Shown: piece after piece, positions 40,021-52,875 of the stretch
How the letters are laid out: each line of letters begins with the position of its first letter
How positions within the stretch are numbered: the stretch's first letter is position 1
Made by a program: the position numbers and the translations under genes
Origin: Lama glama
Taxonomy: Eukaryota
DNA: 64,000 nt
Assembly: GCA_028534125.1 (NCBI GenBank)
Contig: CM052816.1
Span: forward strand, 65,536,001 to 65,600,000
Direction: 5' to 3'
Notes under the pieces: model-generated
Database searches by the model: none
Seen by the model: the letters and a program-made list of their open reading frames with translations, nothing else
Told to the model about the DNA's origin: nothing

Positions 40021-40150
40021 GATGAATAGACAGATACAGCTATATCCACCTTCCAAAAGCCAAGATTTATAGATTATTGAGACAATTAAATATAGAATTT
40101 GTTTTAAACAAAAAAGCCAAATGGGACATTTCTGTTAGATTTTTAATTTT

Positions 40151-40981
40151 TGTCTGTTCTTTTTCTTTCTTTTTTTTAAATTTTATTTTATTGAGTTATA
40201 GTCAGTTTACAATGTTGTGTCAATTTCCAGTGTAGAGTGCAATTTTTCAGTTATACATGAACATACATACATTCATTGTCACACACTTTTTCACCATGAG
40301 CTACCACAAGATCCTGCATACATTTCCCTGTGCTATACAGAATAATCTTGTTTATCTATTATATATATACCTGTCAGTATCTACAAATTTCAAACTCCCA
40401 GTCTGTCCCTTCCCACCCCCCTTCCCCCTGGAAACCACAAGTTTATATTCCGTGTCTGTGAGTCTGTTTCTGTTTTGTATTTATGTTCATTTGTCTTTTT
40501 CTTTTCTTTCTCTTTTTTAGATTCCATATATGAGCGATCTCATATTGTATTTTTCTTTCTCTTTCTAGCTTACTTCACTTAGAATGACATTCTCCAGGGA
40601 CATCCATCTTGCTGCAAATGGCATTATGTTGTCATTTTTATGGCTGAATAGTATTCCATTGTATAAATATACCACATCTTCTTTATCCAGTCATCTGTTG
40701 ATGGATGTTGAGGCTGTTTCCATGTCTTGGCTATTGTAAATAGTGCTGCTGTAAACATTGGAGTGCAGGTGTCTTTTTGAAGTAGGGTTCCCTCTGGATA
40801 TATGCCCAGGAGTGGGATTCCTGGGTCATATGGTAAGTCTATTCCTAGTCTTTTGAGGAATCTCCATACTGTTTTCCACAGTGGCTGCCCCAAACTGCAT
40901 TCCCACTAGCAGTGAAGGAGGGTTCCCTTTTCTCCACAGCCTCTCCAGCATTTGTCATTTGTGGACTTTGGAATGGTGGCC
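40151..40981 (-). mobile_element. Young L1 3' end including ORF2 C-terminus
   Basis: ORF 40624-40893(-) [31 protein letters not shown]...WIKKMWYIYTMEYYSAIK is the L1 ORF2 C-terminal domain. T-rich tail on the left and tagatttttaa on both flanks (40137, 40982). Confidence 0.95.
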
Positions 40982-41139
40982 TAGATTTTTAAATTTTATT
41001 TTAAGTGAAACACACATTGTGGCCACTATAATGTAAAGTGATTTTATTTGCAGATAAAATTAATTTTTCAGTTTGCATTGAAACAGATATGGGTGGGGTC
41101 AGGAAAAGAGAAATCAAAGCAGTCACAGAGAGTAATGTA

Positions 41140-41340
41140 AAGAGGACATTCAGATGCAGGAGTCAGGCCAGTTCAGATTTCTGTCTGGACTCGGCCACAT
41201 AACAGCAAAATTTCCTCAGGCAAATTACTTAATCTCTTTAATCTCAATATCCTCATCTGATGAATGCAGACACCAAGGCCTTACCCACAGGATAGCTGTG
41301 AGGATTTTAAATGACACGCACAGTTCACACAGCTTGTCCA
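41140..41340 (+). mobile_element. MIR SINE
   Basis: caggagtcaggccagttcagatt...caggcaaattacttaatctcttt...cctcatctg...gctgtgaggattttaaatga. Confidence 0.65.
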
Positions 41341-41352
41341 CTTAAGTCTCCC

Positions 41353-41744
41353 TGTGTTAGTTTGCTAGGACTGCTGTAACAAAATACCACAGACTCGTGA
41401 TTTAAACAACAGAAATTTATTGGGTCATGGTTCTGGAAGCTAGAAATCTGAGATCAAGGTGCTGGCAGGGTGGGTCCTTCTTAGGACAGTGAGGGAAGAT
41501 GGGTTCCAGTCCCTTCCTTGGCTGGTAGATGGTGTTCTCCCTGTGTTGTCGTCTTTCCTCTGCACGTTATTCTGGGTCCAAATGTTTCTTTTTATAAAAA
41601 CACCAGTCATGATTGAGGTCCACCGTACTCCACTATTAACTCACAGTAACTAATTTCATCTGCAATGACCCTATTTCCAAATAAGGTCACATTCTGAGGT
41701 GCTGGAGAGTCAAGACTCCACCAGCTGAATTTCAACCCATAACA
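41353..41744 (-). mobile_element. MaLR solo LTR (MLT1A-like)
   Basis: tgtgttagtttgctaggactgctgtaacaaaataccacagact...ccctatttccaaataaggtcacattctgaggt...tcaacccataaca, with TG...CA ends. Confidence 0.9.
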
Positions 41745-42109
41745 CTATTCAGAGGTTGCTTTTCCAGAGAGATCTTGCTTAACCACCTTTCCTAAGGACA
41801 CTTCTAGCCCTTTTCAATATAACCAGCCCCTTGCCCTACATGAAATGTGTAACTGCATAAAAGTAAATCATATAATTATTTAATTTAAATTTTTTTCTCT
41901 CTCACACACAAGCCTCAATTCCCTATGGGACTGAGACCTTACCTGTCTTATAAATCATTCTATAGTGGGACACAGCATGTGCCTGATACAAAATAGTCCC
42001 CCAATAAGTATTTGTGGAAAAAAAGGTAACCTTTCCAGCTCAAGATCAGGGCTCAATATAGGTGCTACAGCTGTCTTAAACAGCATGTCATTTTCCATTC
42101 ATATCAGTA

Positions 42110-42260
42110 GGCACTAGCCACATGATGTGAAAGACAGTAAATTTTTAAATTTTGTTTTAATAGATTTAAATTTAAAAAGCCACTTGTGTCCCATGGCTAT
42201 TGTACCGGACAGATATAGAGCATCTCCGTTACTGCAGAACGTCCTATTGGACATTGCTGG
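42110..42260. mobile_element. hAT-Charlie MITE remnant (MER3/MER33-like)
   Basis: gcactagccacatg...agccacttgtgtcccatggctattgtaccggacag...actgcagaacgtcctattggacattgctg. Confidence 0.7.
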
Positions 42261-44449
42261 ACCTGGAGAGAGAACCACAGAAGTGTAGATGAGGGTACCA
42301 GAGAAAGTACAGAACTGAGCCAGTGCTGGCTGGTAGAATCCCAGGACACTGCCCTGCATCTCAGCTCTCTCCTATCACTGGACAGCTCCTCTTCTCTTTT
42401 CTCTTCCTTATGGGACAGGTATATTGCAAGCATCCTTTTCTTCAGTTACTAAAGTAAAAATATAACTTGAAGTTTTAAAAAGCCATAAAGGAATTGTCTT
42501 GAGAATCGCATTAACATTAATTGCTGTGGATGTTGCAGCAGCAATTTCTAATTTTAATTCCTTTCCTCTTTGCTATTCAGATAAGTAAGAGGTAGGTGTA
42601 GATAATGAATCTACAGACTCTGTTTTGCAAAACTTACAAATGGTTCTTTGAGAAACAAAATCTTTAAGGACACCGAACTGAGCTATTTCTTGCTTAACGA
42701 GCAAACGGATACAGGTACAGGTGTGGGTAGCCCAGAGCCACCAGGTGTCTGTGTGTGGGCTCAGTTCTTCTCTGGACCCCAGGAAGCAGACAGATTTTCA
42801 CCACCCTTGTTCAGCCCCTGCTGTGAATAACAATCTAGACCAAACAAACTTTTATGAGAACTCTTTTGGCTTCTTGTAAAAATCTGTCTGATGCTTCAGG
42901 GCAATAGCACACCTTCAAATACATTTCTGAATCGCAGAACATTCTCCTTAATAATGGACTCAGTAATGTTACCTGTTAAATACAAGGATGGAGGAAAAGG
43001 GAGGGCATAATTAATGAAAAATGCAGCTAGAAAGTAATAGAAATCATATTGTTTATATAAAATTCAATGCCTAGATAAAATATTAAATGCATAAAACAAT
43101 GAACTTAGAATATGATCCTATTTGGAAACAAAAGCCCAGAATCCTGTGAACTTTTAATAATCTCTATTTTTATCATTTTAATCCTCATTTGAACAGCAGC
43201 AAAATACCCATGCCACCTGCTTAGTGACTTTTCTGAAAAGAATAGGTGGTCTCAGGGTATTCTCTACTGTAATGGCATTGATCTGGCCAAACTCATCACC
43301 ATCCTGTTTAATTCATTCATTCATTCAAGAGAAACATTGCTTGCCTCAAGTGAGCCAGCCATATTTACCCTAAAGAGTGGAAAATGCTACCGGAGGGGTT
43401 AGACTCTTACTTATATAACTGAGTTTTTATCACCTAAATGTGGTTGTAGAACAGACTATTCTCTAGCAACTGAATAGGGGAAATGTGAGAAATTGAATGT
43501 AAAATACAAAACTTCAAAATGGGTCTGTTGGACTGTATTTCACAAGAAGCAGAAGCTTGATCATTTGAGGATTATGGAACTTTAAAAAAGCAAAGTTGGG
43601 AAATACTTATAAGGAATAATTCTTAAGACGTAGACTAAGGATCTTATTTGTGTTTTAGGAACAGAAAGCAAAAGGAGCATGTACATTTGCAGCCTCTCAA
43701 AATGCTTCCATTCATCACTCCATTTTGGTATTTTAGTTCACTGCTCATTAAAGTTATTACTTTAATTTATTTAATCAAAATATTGACTCTATTCTCATGC
43801 TGACTTGTGACATGATTTGGTTCTTAATCTGTTTTTACCAATGAAAGCTAAACAAAATAGTGCTCAGCCTTTCACCAATAAAATATTAATGTTTTTAGAG
43901 TGCTTTTATTTAGAAGTTTTTTTTTTATAAAAAGCTTTGTTTCTGTGTTTGCAAACTACAAACCTTCAGTTCATTTAACCAAAATTTGTATAACAAAATC
44001 TCCAAGTTAAGAAGTTAGTTAAGTCACTCATTTGTTCTGTAACATAACAGCCTTTAAATAACAAAATCCATGGTGGCCTATTACCAGTTTGTTTTGACCA
44101 TCTGACTTTCTAATAGACGTTCATTTGAATGTTTTAGATATAGGGAGCTCACCTCATTGAATACTTCAGAATCCAACTATGACTTTATAGATTTCAGCAA
44201 ACATTATTGTAATACAAATAAGGACACTAGCAGTTAGTTAAATAAATTACCTTATATTGGAATACTCTAAGGAATCTATGACTAATATGACTTTTTTAGA
44301 GACTTACTACAAGCCCTGTTTTCCAACTTAAACTGAAGTGAAACTTTATTTTAAAGGAAAATTTACCAATTAATGTTTCTATGAGATATTCCTTCTTCTA
44401 ATCTAAGGATACAAAGGACATAGCAACAAATTATCCAGATGCTTTTGGC

Positions 44450-45058
44450 TGTACTGTTTTTCATTGATGCATGACAGATTACCACAAACTTAGCTGCTTA
44501 AAATAATACCCATTTCTTTCTTTCTTTTTTATTCCATCTTACATTTCTTAGGTCAGAAATACAGATTGATCAGGCTGGGTTGTCTGTTCAGAGTCTCACA
44601 AGGCTGAATTCAGGCTATATGTTTCTTATCTGGACCTCAGGGTCACCTTCTAAACTCATTCCTGTCATTGGAAAAATTCAGTTCCTTGCAGTTGTAGGAC
44701 TGAAACTGTTTTCTTGCTGAACGTTGACTGGGGATTCCTCTGGCCTCCTAAGGGCCAGTCAGATTCTTGCCCCATTGGTCATCTCTGTCTCCACATTGGA
44801 GAACCTCCCTCGTGTCAAATCCTTCACACATTTCTAATCTCGTTGACTTCCTCTACTGCTTCCAGCCAAAGAAAACTCTCTCCTTTCAAAGAGCTCACAA
44901 AGTTAGACACATCAGAAAATTTCTCTATCATAATGATAACTGATTAGTAACCTTAATTACAGCCACAAAAATTCCTTTTTCCATGTAACTTAATATAATT
45001 ATTGAGTAATACCAGGGCTGATGGTAACAAGGGCCACCTTAGAATTCTGTATCAGCCA
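44450..45058 (-). mobile_element. MaLR solo LTR (MLT1D/E-like)
   Basis: attaccacaaacttagctgcttaaaa...aattcagttccttgcagttgtaggactga...tgattagtaaccttaattaca...ccttagaattctg. Confidence 0.85.
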
Positions 45059-46749
45059 AAATGTACAATTGCTCTCAGTTAATTTAAACATTGTAAAGAA
45101 CATAAAATAGAGTGAATGTTGGGATAACTCATCACCTTATATTTAAATGCTAAGACAAATAATACAGCTATCAAATTTGGTCAGATGATAATCTTTTAGG
45201 GATTGAAATATAGGGATCAGAACTGATACAGACAAAAATCAGATTGTAAGGGCTTAAAGGAATGCTGAGAGTTTTATCATTTGAGAAATGAAGAATTGGC
45301 AAATAAAATGGAAAAATGACCAGGTAATTGGAAAAGCTACATGAAGTAATTCTTGACTATAAGATGCAGGCTAAGTGTCCTGATGGTTGGATCCAGAGGC
45401 AGAGCCATGTAATACCTCTATACATCAGTCTGCTTGGATATTTTAGTTTGTTGCATATTCAAGCTGAACACTACTATATTTGTGCCACAGTGTATCCATG
45501 GCCTCCTACCTCACCATGCCTCAGGTCGTGCTTTGCTCTGCAGCACACTGCCCCTTCACATTTTCACAAAATTTGAAGGGGTAAGAAAGGAAAAGGAGGG
45601 GACTGGGAAAAACTTAGGCAAATTTGAAGAAGGAATTTTTGGTTTATTGTTTTTTTTAATGAGAATTTGTAGATTGAGTGGAAAGAACCACTATGAGGAG
45701 GGGCAGGGACATATAAAAGAAGGGAGAAAACTGAATGTGCCCAAGAAAAAGAAAGAGAAGGCCCAAAGAATGAGAGTGTGGATGGAACCAAGAGAAAGAT
45801 CCAAAAAGACAGAATTAAGAAAATGCATGGGCTGATTTACTTTGGAAAAGGGAAACCTTATTTCTCTGTAGTACAGGAAAAAGAAAGAGGATGAGTAGTG
45901 GTTTCAGATGAGAGATGTTAAGCTGTTTCATGCAAAATAGCTTCTATTTTTTCATTGCAATGAGACCATCTAATATATATCTCCTCTTCTCTAAATGTTG
46001 GAAATTAGTAAGGCCAATAGAACATAGCCCAAATAATGTTTATAAATATTAAATGGTATAATACATATATCATGCTTAGAATAATACATGCCACATTAAA
46101 AATATTCAGAAATGTTAGCTATTTTTATTATTGTTATTATTTTTTACTGACAGTAAAAGAGAATGTGGTAGGGTTATGAACTTAAAAATAATACAGTGAT
46201 TTTTAATAGCTGTTGAATAGGATTCCTCTCCTGGTGAAAGTAAATAGCATTATTCAAGGAGCATCTAGTGAACTTGATTGATCCTTTTTCTAATAATAAT
46301 CAACAGTCTGGAAGGTCTAGAGAAAGTAAAGGAAGCAATGAGCATCAAGGTTTATAAAAAGTCAGAAATAGTAGCTCTGGGGATCTGGCTATTCTCATGA
46401 AGGTATATATCAAGTTCAGGGTGAGCTGGGAAGTTTACATAGGCATATAATATATTTAGTTAGAGATGGAAATTATGACAGTGTTTTAAGTTTTGGAGAT
46501 GCAGGGGGAACTGCAGAGCTTAAAGTATTAGAAGACAGAGTTAGAGATGACTGTCTCCATGACTTTGGCTTTCCAAAGTGAGGTGGAAGTGAATATAAAG
46601 AAATTGTCACCATGATTAAGGCTGTATTAAGGGTAACAGGGCAAACTAGGACAGACTTATGCAACTGGTGGAAGAAATTCTGTATATAAGGAAATAGCAG
46701 GTGGTGTGAACTCCAAAGAAGGCAGTGTTAAGTGAAAGAAGCTGAAGAA

Positions 46750-47309
46750 ATTGGATAAAGAAGATGTGGTATATATATGTGTGCACACACACATACACAC
46801 ACAGTGGAATATTACTCAACCATAAAAAGAATGAAATAATGCCATTTGCAGCAACATGGATGGACCTAGAGATGATCATACTAAGTGAAGTAAGTCAGAA
46901 AGATAAATATCGTATGATATCACTTGTATGTGGAATCTAAAAAAAAATGGCACAAATGAACTTAGTTACAAAACAGAAACAAACTCACAGACATAGCTAA
47001 TAAACTTACAGTTACCAGCGGAGGAAAGGCAGGAGAAAGATAAATTAGAAGTTTGGGATTTGCAGATACTAACTACTATATATACAATAGATAAGCAACA
47101 AGATCCTACTGTTTAGCATATGGAACTATATTCAATACCTTGTAATAATCTATAATGATAAAAATATGAAAATATGTATGTGTGTATGACTGAATCAATA
47201 TGCTGTACACCAGAAACTAACACAACTTTGTAAATCAACTATACTTCAATAAGAAAAAAAAAAAGAGAAAGAAGGAAGGAAGGAAGGAAGGAAAGAAAGA
47301 AAAGAAAAG

Positions 47310-47343
<34 letters not shown>

Positions 47344-47358
47344 GCAAGCAGGCAAGCA
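46750..47358 (+). mobile_element. Lineage-specific L1 3' end with A tail decayed into a (GAAG)/(GAAAA) microsatellite
   Basis: ggataaagaagatgtggtata...gccatttgcagcaacatggatggacctagag..., colinear with 27978-28594. aagctga on both flanks. Confidence 0.92.
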
Positions 47359-47473
47359 AGCTGATGGAATGGTAGTCTAGAAGGGCAATGGAGAACCAGT
47401 GATTGTTAATCATTTCTCTAATTGCAGTAACATGAGAGACACAAATAACTTCATTTTAAAGAAGTAATGGCCA

Positions 47474-47637
47474 ATATTTACCTGGCAGGGGAGACACCAT
47501 GATTATGAAGGTAGTTTTCCCAGGGCAAGGCTTGTCCATTGCACTCTGGATGTGCTGACCCCTGCAATTTCCCCAAATGTGGGAAACTCAATTGCATAAT
47601 TTGTGGTAGTGGGGGACTGCATTCACGCTTTCCCCTT
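47474..47637 (+). pseudogene. RNU1 (pseudogene): Full-length U1 snRNA retropseudogene
   Basis: Colinear with mammalian U1 (ATACTTACCTGGCAGGGGAGA...AATTTGTGG Sm site...CTTTCCCCT), with about 14 substitutions by eye, 7 of them at CpGs. Short A tail and TSD aagtaatggcca (47462-47473) / aagtaatgccca (47648-47659). Confidence 0.96.
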
Positions 47638-47699
47638 TAAAAAAATTAAGTAATGCCCATTTAATCAAGCCTCAGGATGCTAGACCTTGGATTTTGGTA

Positions 47700-47885
47700 T
47701 TGTGCTAGCCAGTACAATAGCCACATGTGGCCATTTACACATTAAGTTGAAATAAAAATATTCAGTTCCTCAGTCACTCTAGCCACATTGCAGATATTGA
47801 ATAGACACATGTAGTCCTACATATTGGACAGCAGAGATTTTAGATCGTTTCTATCACTGTAGAAAATTCTGTTGGAGAGTGCCAT
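47700..47885. mobile_element. hAT-Charlie MITE (MER3-like)
   Basis: tagccacatgtggccattta...aaaatattcagttcctcagtcactctagccacatt...tattggacagc...tcactgtagaaaattctgttgga. Confidence 0.8.
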
Positions 47886-49124
47886 ACTGGAGGTACAGTG
47901 GAAGTGAGAATATAGTCTTACAGAAAATACTGGAGCAGAAGAAAACTCTGCTGAATGGGGTTACGACCGAGGACATTCTGTATTTTGACAATTTTGAAGT
48001 ATTCCTTTATTATTTTAACATTTCTGAAATTCGGATGAGTCACACAATTGATGTGCTCCTTTAATAAGGCAGGGTTTATCTTTTCCCCTGAAAAGCTGTA
48101 AACAAATTGAGGATGCATCTCACGATCAGTGGATATGGCACTATGGACCAGGGCAAGAACAAAGCCAGGGGATTTTCATCTTGGGTGTTGATCACAGAGA
48201 TGAAGGATCAGGAGTTTAACAGGGAGACTGGAGAGATAATGGTGATCATGGGAAATGAGCTAAATTTAGAAAGTACTAACCCCGAAGTACCATTCAGAAC
48301 TTTGGAGTAATGATGTATTGGCAACAGTTTACTTTCTGAGGTTCTAGATTTTCAGATTCTGATTCTAGATTCTCAGACCTTCTGCTGACTGAGATTTGGG
48401 TTGATGGTGAGTCTCAGGCCAATAACCTCAGTCCTTCTAAGGTGCTGTCCCAGGTGTTGTTGAGCAATACCCTGGCTTTGACAACTCCAGCATGGCTTCC
48501 TTAAGATTGGGCATGGGAGAGGGAAGGCTTGAAGAGTTACCCCTCTTCATTTGAATGGAGAAAATTCATAGAAAGAGAGAACTAGAAATGTGTCCAAAAC
48601 AAAGGAAAAGCCATTGTGATAATTAAGATACAAACAGCCAGACAACAAGGTACCAATTTCTTAGACTTGAGATCTGAATTTGAATGAAGATCAGCTGCGA
48701 AGTACTGGTCTCGGTAGAGAAGCATGTCAGACGGGAGCTGAAATTTTTTGTTCATTTTTTTCTTCTCTGCTTGTTTTGTTTTTGATGTTATAATAACTCT
48801 GGAGTGCTTTTTATAGTAAATTACAATTAAAGCCTTTTAAATTTATCTCACATAGTTATCGACAGCTACCATAATACTTCCCCTCTGGAATAATGTTTGT
48901 TTTCTTTTAAAACATACATGTGTGCATTTACATATATTCTTGTATGTGTGTGTATATATACATATATAGTTATATTAGAAGTATCATAGAAGGAATTCTG
49001 TTCTCTGAGTCAAAATATCTGATTTTGAACTTGGAGTCAAGTGTGTTACTTAATTGCAGATTTAGCTTCAGGCAAGTTTTATCTTTTGAAGCCATAGGTC
49101 ACTTTCTTTGTTATTATTATTATT

Positions 49125-49415
49125 ACTGTTTAAGATCAGTTTCAGATTTACAACAAATTAAGAAGGAGATAGAAAGATTTTTCTACATACCTCCTGGCCC
49201 GACACATGCACAGCCTTCGCCATTATCAGCATCACTCACCAGAATGGTACATACTTCACCAAGGACGAGTCTACATTGACACACTCTAATCACCTGATGA
49301 TGTCCATAGTTTACCTCAGCGGATTTGGATAAAAGTATGATGACATATAGCCATCATTAAAATATCATCGTATTTTCACTGCCCTAAACATCCTCTATGC
49401 TTCACCTATTCATAT
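49125..49415 (-). mobile_element. L1MC-like 3' end fragment
   Basis: cacatgcacagccttc...caccagaatggtacat...ctacattgacaca...tttcactgccctaaacatcctctatgct. Confidence 0.75.
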
Positions 49416-50263
49416 GTCACCTTCTTTTAAAAGAGGTAATAATAGTTGTCTTAACTGTTGTAAAAAGAAACTCAGATGAAAGAAGACATATGAAAACACA
49501 AACTACGGTATTTACATATTCTGAACTCTCAAGTGATACACTTGAAGTCATGGTTGTTATTTAGTGGAGTCAGCCTCTCAAGTGTTGCATACTTGTTGGA
49601 TACGGAAATTTTGAAAGTTTGGCTTCCAGTATTACACAGCCTAATTTAGCAACAACTGTGTATTCTTTGCTGATTTATTAAGAAGGAAAAATATCAAGTA
49701 AAATTATTTAGATACCTGAGTCTCAAGAACTCTTGATATATTAAAAGCCAGCCTTGCTAGGGACAATATCACGTGTCCTTTTGTTTATAACCATGATCTT
49801 TTTCAACCCTAGACCTCTCAGGGTAAAGTCGTGGGGCTCTATCATTGCAGAAAAGAGAACAGGGAGTAAAATGTCCCTCAGATTTAACTGGCTAGAAACT
49901 ACCAGGAATTAACCACAGTACCCAGAATACCCCGTCATTATTTTGCTGCTTTGGTAAGCTGAAGCATCATTTATGGGCCCAGTAGATTTGCTTTCCTATC
50001 ATATTTAAAGCCTTCATCTGGGCAAACTTCTCTGAAAAAAATCTCTAATTCCAGGGTGCTGAGGTCACCAAGGTGGAATTCTTATTCATTTGCATCTCAG
50101 ATGAAGGTGCTTGCTCCAGGAAAAACTCACCAGGGCAGGCCCCATCCAAGAACTAAATCCAAGACATCCATCTGAAGGCAAGGAGTTGAGTCTGGGAGGG
50201 TTTTGTAGGCCTATAGCTCTAACCTTCCTGATTGAACTTATGTTTTTCAGTTATTGTATATGT

Positions 50264-50746
50264 ATTTTTTGTTAAAGTATATAGTAAGTTTACGATGTTG
50301 TGTCAATTTCTGGTGCACAGCATAATGCTTCAGTCATACGTGAACATACATACTTTCGTTTTCATATTCTTTTTCACCATAACTTACTATAAGATATTGA
50401 ATATAGTTCTCTGTGCTATACAGTATGAACTTGTTGTTATGTATTTTATATATAGTAGTCAGAATCTACAAATCTCGACTCCAATTTATGACTTCTCACC
50501 CCCTTTCCCCCTTGGTAGCCATAAGTTTGATTTCTACGTCTGTGAGTCTGTTTCTGTTTTGTAAATAAGTTTGTTTGTGTGTGTGTCTCTCTCTCTTTTT
50601 TTTTTTTCTATTCCACATATAAGTGATATCATATGGTATTTTTCTTTCTCTTTCTGGCTTACTTCACTTAGAATGACATTCTCCAGGTCTGTCCATGTTG
50701 CTGCAAATAGCATTATTTTATTATTTTTTATGGCTGAGTAGTATTG
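50264..50746 (-). mobile_element. Lineage-specific L1 3' UTR fragment
   Basis: Colinear with 40190-40655. ORF 50534-50776(-) contains YYSAIKNNKIMLFAATWTDLE, an L1 ORF2 end. Confidence 0.92.
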
Positions 50747-51081
50747 ACGTTTCAAAAAGAAAGAAAGTAGGGACATGTTTGAGCCCCAAGTGTAGGGGAA
50801 AAAATAGAGGGAATGAGGGTTTTGAGGGTTTTGAGTGTTTTTCTAAGTTCCCATAAGAAAGACATCTGACAGTACTAGTTTCGTTTATCTTTTAATATAA
50901 ACCACAGCATATCTAAGAGCTTTTGAAACTCTTTGTTACTTCCCATGCTGGCTATTTTGCCATCCCCTTCATCTCCCTCAGCGTTTTCCTCAGTAAGAGT
51001 TCTAAAACCAGAAATATCCCTGTAATTTACCACCTTGAGGGACTTTGGAATCCAGTGAGACAAAACAGGCAACAGCTGAGC

Positions 51082-51228
51082 TCTCTGGTTCTCAATCTTT
51101 GTACCTTTCAAAAAATATTCCTTCTTTGCTCCTGTCCACAGAGATCCTAATTTCACGTAGGCCTGTGTACTGAGACTTTGTTTAGCTCCCCAGGTGATTC
51201 TAAGGTGCACCCAAGAAGGAGAACCACA
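51082..51228. mobile_element. hAT MITE (MER5-like)
   Basis: Inverted ends tggttctc / gagaacca; internal gctccccaggtgattctaaggtgcac. Confidence 0.7.
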
Positions 51229-51842
51229 GCCTTATTCTCTCACCGTCACCTTTTTCAGATCCATCGACCTTGACTTCAGGTCTACTCTGCCCTCTCACCC
51301 CGATGGCCACTCTCAAACCTTGTGATCACCGAGACCTGCTCCAAGCAACACTGAAATTTAAACTCAAACATCCCACAACTTCAGCATAGATTCCTTTCTT
51401 CCTAGTGCCTCTTACTACGTTTAAGACTCAGGGGTCTGATCTTTCATCTGCTCTCCAGCTGAAGTCTTCATCGTTGTTCTGCTGTCCCCAAGTAGGAAAA
51501 TTGAAAGTCAGGATTCATCTACCTGTGCGATCTCCCCATCGTTACGCCTAGTGCTTCCAGAGGAAGTGACGATCACATACGTACACTGGTGCCACAGCAA
51601 AGTCATAATCTCTAGTCTCAACTGGTGGGAACCTCAGTGCTACCAAAATTGCCATTTGTTTATCTAGTCGCCTTGTCGCCATTTCTCCTGCACAAGACCC
51701 CTTCCCTTCATAGGAAGGACCCCACACCTGTACCATGACTCCCACTCCCTTCTGCCTCTTTATAACCTTGCTCTTTCACCGGTCACTCTCTTGTATCACT
51801 GGCTTTCTCTGGATATTGGTTCTTAACACCAGCATTTGTGAA

Positions 51843-52305
51843 AACATGGATAAACCTGGAGAACATCCTGCTAAGTGAAATAAGCCAGACACAGAAAGAC
51901 AAATACTGCATGATCTCACTTATATGTGGAGTCTAAAAAAACAAACAAACAAAATATTAAACATAGTAACAGAGCAGAGGCAGGGGGATAGGGGAAGATA
52001 TTGATTAAAGGGTGCATTTTTTTTCAGTTGTAAAAATAGTTCTGGAAAGTTCTGGAAACCTAATTACAGTATGGTGACTGTAGTTAATAATAATGTACTG
52101 TAAATTCAAAATTTGCTGAGAATACTGCAATATTCTTACCACACCTGAAAATGGTAAGCATGTAAACTGATGGATATGTTAATTAGCTTGATTATGTTAA
52201 TCATTTCACAGTATTTACATATATTAAAATATCACATTGTACATCTTAAATACATACCATTTTTCTTTGTCACTCATACCTCAGTAAAGCTGGAAAATTT
52301 TTAAA
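51843..52305 (+). mobile_element. L1MA-type 3' end
   Basis: aacatggataaacctggagaacatcctgctaagtgaaataagccagacacagaaagacaaatactgcatgatctcactt...tacctcagtaaagctgg. Confidence 0.9.
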
Positions 52306-52696
52306 GAGACAAGCTCAAAACACTCTCTTCAAAAAACAAAACAATGCAAAAGCAAAAACAATGAAAAAAACAAACTTTCACTGGTCCTTCTTTCCCCCTT
52401 TACTGACTGCCTTCCTCCCCTTCACACCCAGAGGATTTTACTTTCTTACTCCTAATTTTGCATTTCCCCCTTGAAAGGTACTGACATTTTTGGTGCTCAG
52501 TCCTATGGATGTTCTGTCTTTATTTTACTCGGATTCATTTCAATGCTGTTTAGTAGAGCCTTGACCCCTTTCTATTCTCAGTCTCTCCCTGTGTGCACTC
52601 CCAGCTGTCCTCCTTGATTTCTCAGTCTTCCCTGAGGTTGCCTCATCCTCTGTCCAAACCTCAGCGTTCTTCTGGCCTTTGTCCTCAGCTGTATCC

Positions 52697-52875
52697 CAGA
52701 GCTACTCAACAGTGGCCATGCAGCCGAATCACCTGCAAAACCTGGGCAAAAGCAGCAGTCCACTCCCGACACGAACCAGCTGAATCAGAAGGACTAGGGG
52801 GTGGGGCCCAGGCACCTGCATTTTTCAGCAAGTCCACTGATGGTTCTGAAGTTCAGCCAGCCTGGACAACCAGCC
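52697..52875. mobile_element. hAT MITE (MER5A-like)
   Basis: gaatcacctg...ctgaatcagaa...ggggtggggcccaggcacctgcatttt...tggttctga. Confidence 0.75.

Noticed and set aside
40624..40893. 89-aa ORF as a host gene
   Set aside because: It is the C-terminus of L1 ORF2 in a 5'-truncated element.
48340..48385. Short degenerate tandem repeats (agattct units; similar micro-duplications at ~17020, ~50815, ~61980)
   Set aside because: Ordinary slippage products with no regular repeat-spacer structure.
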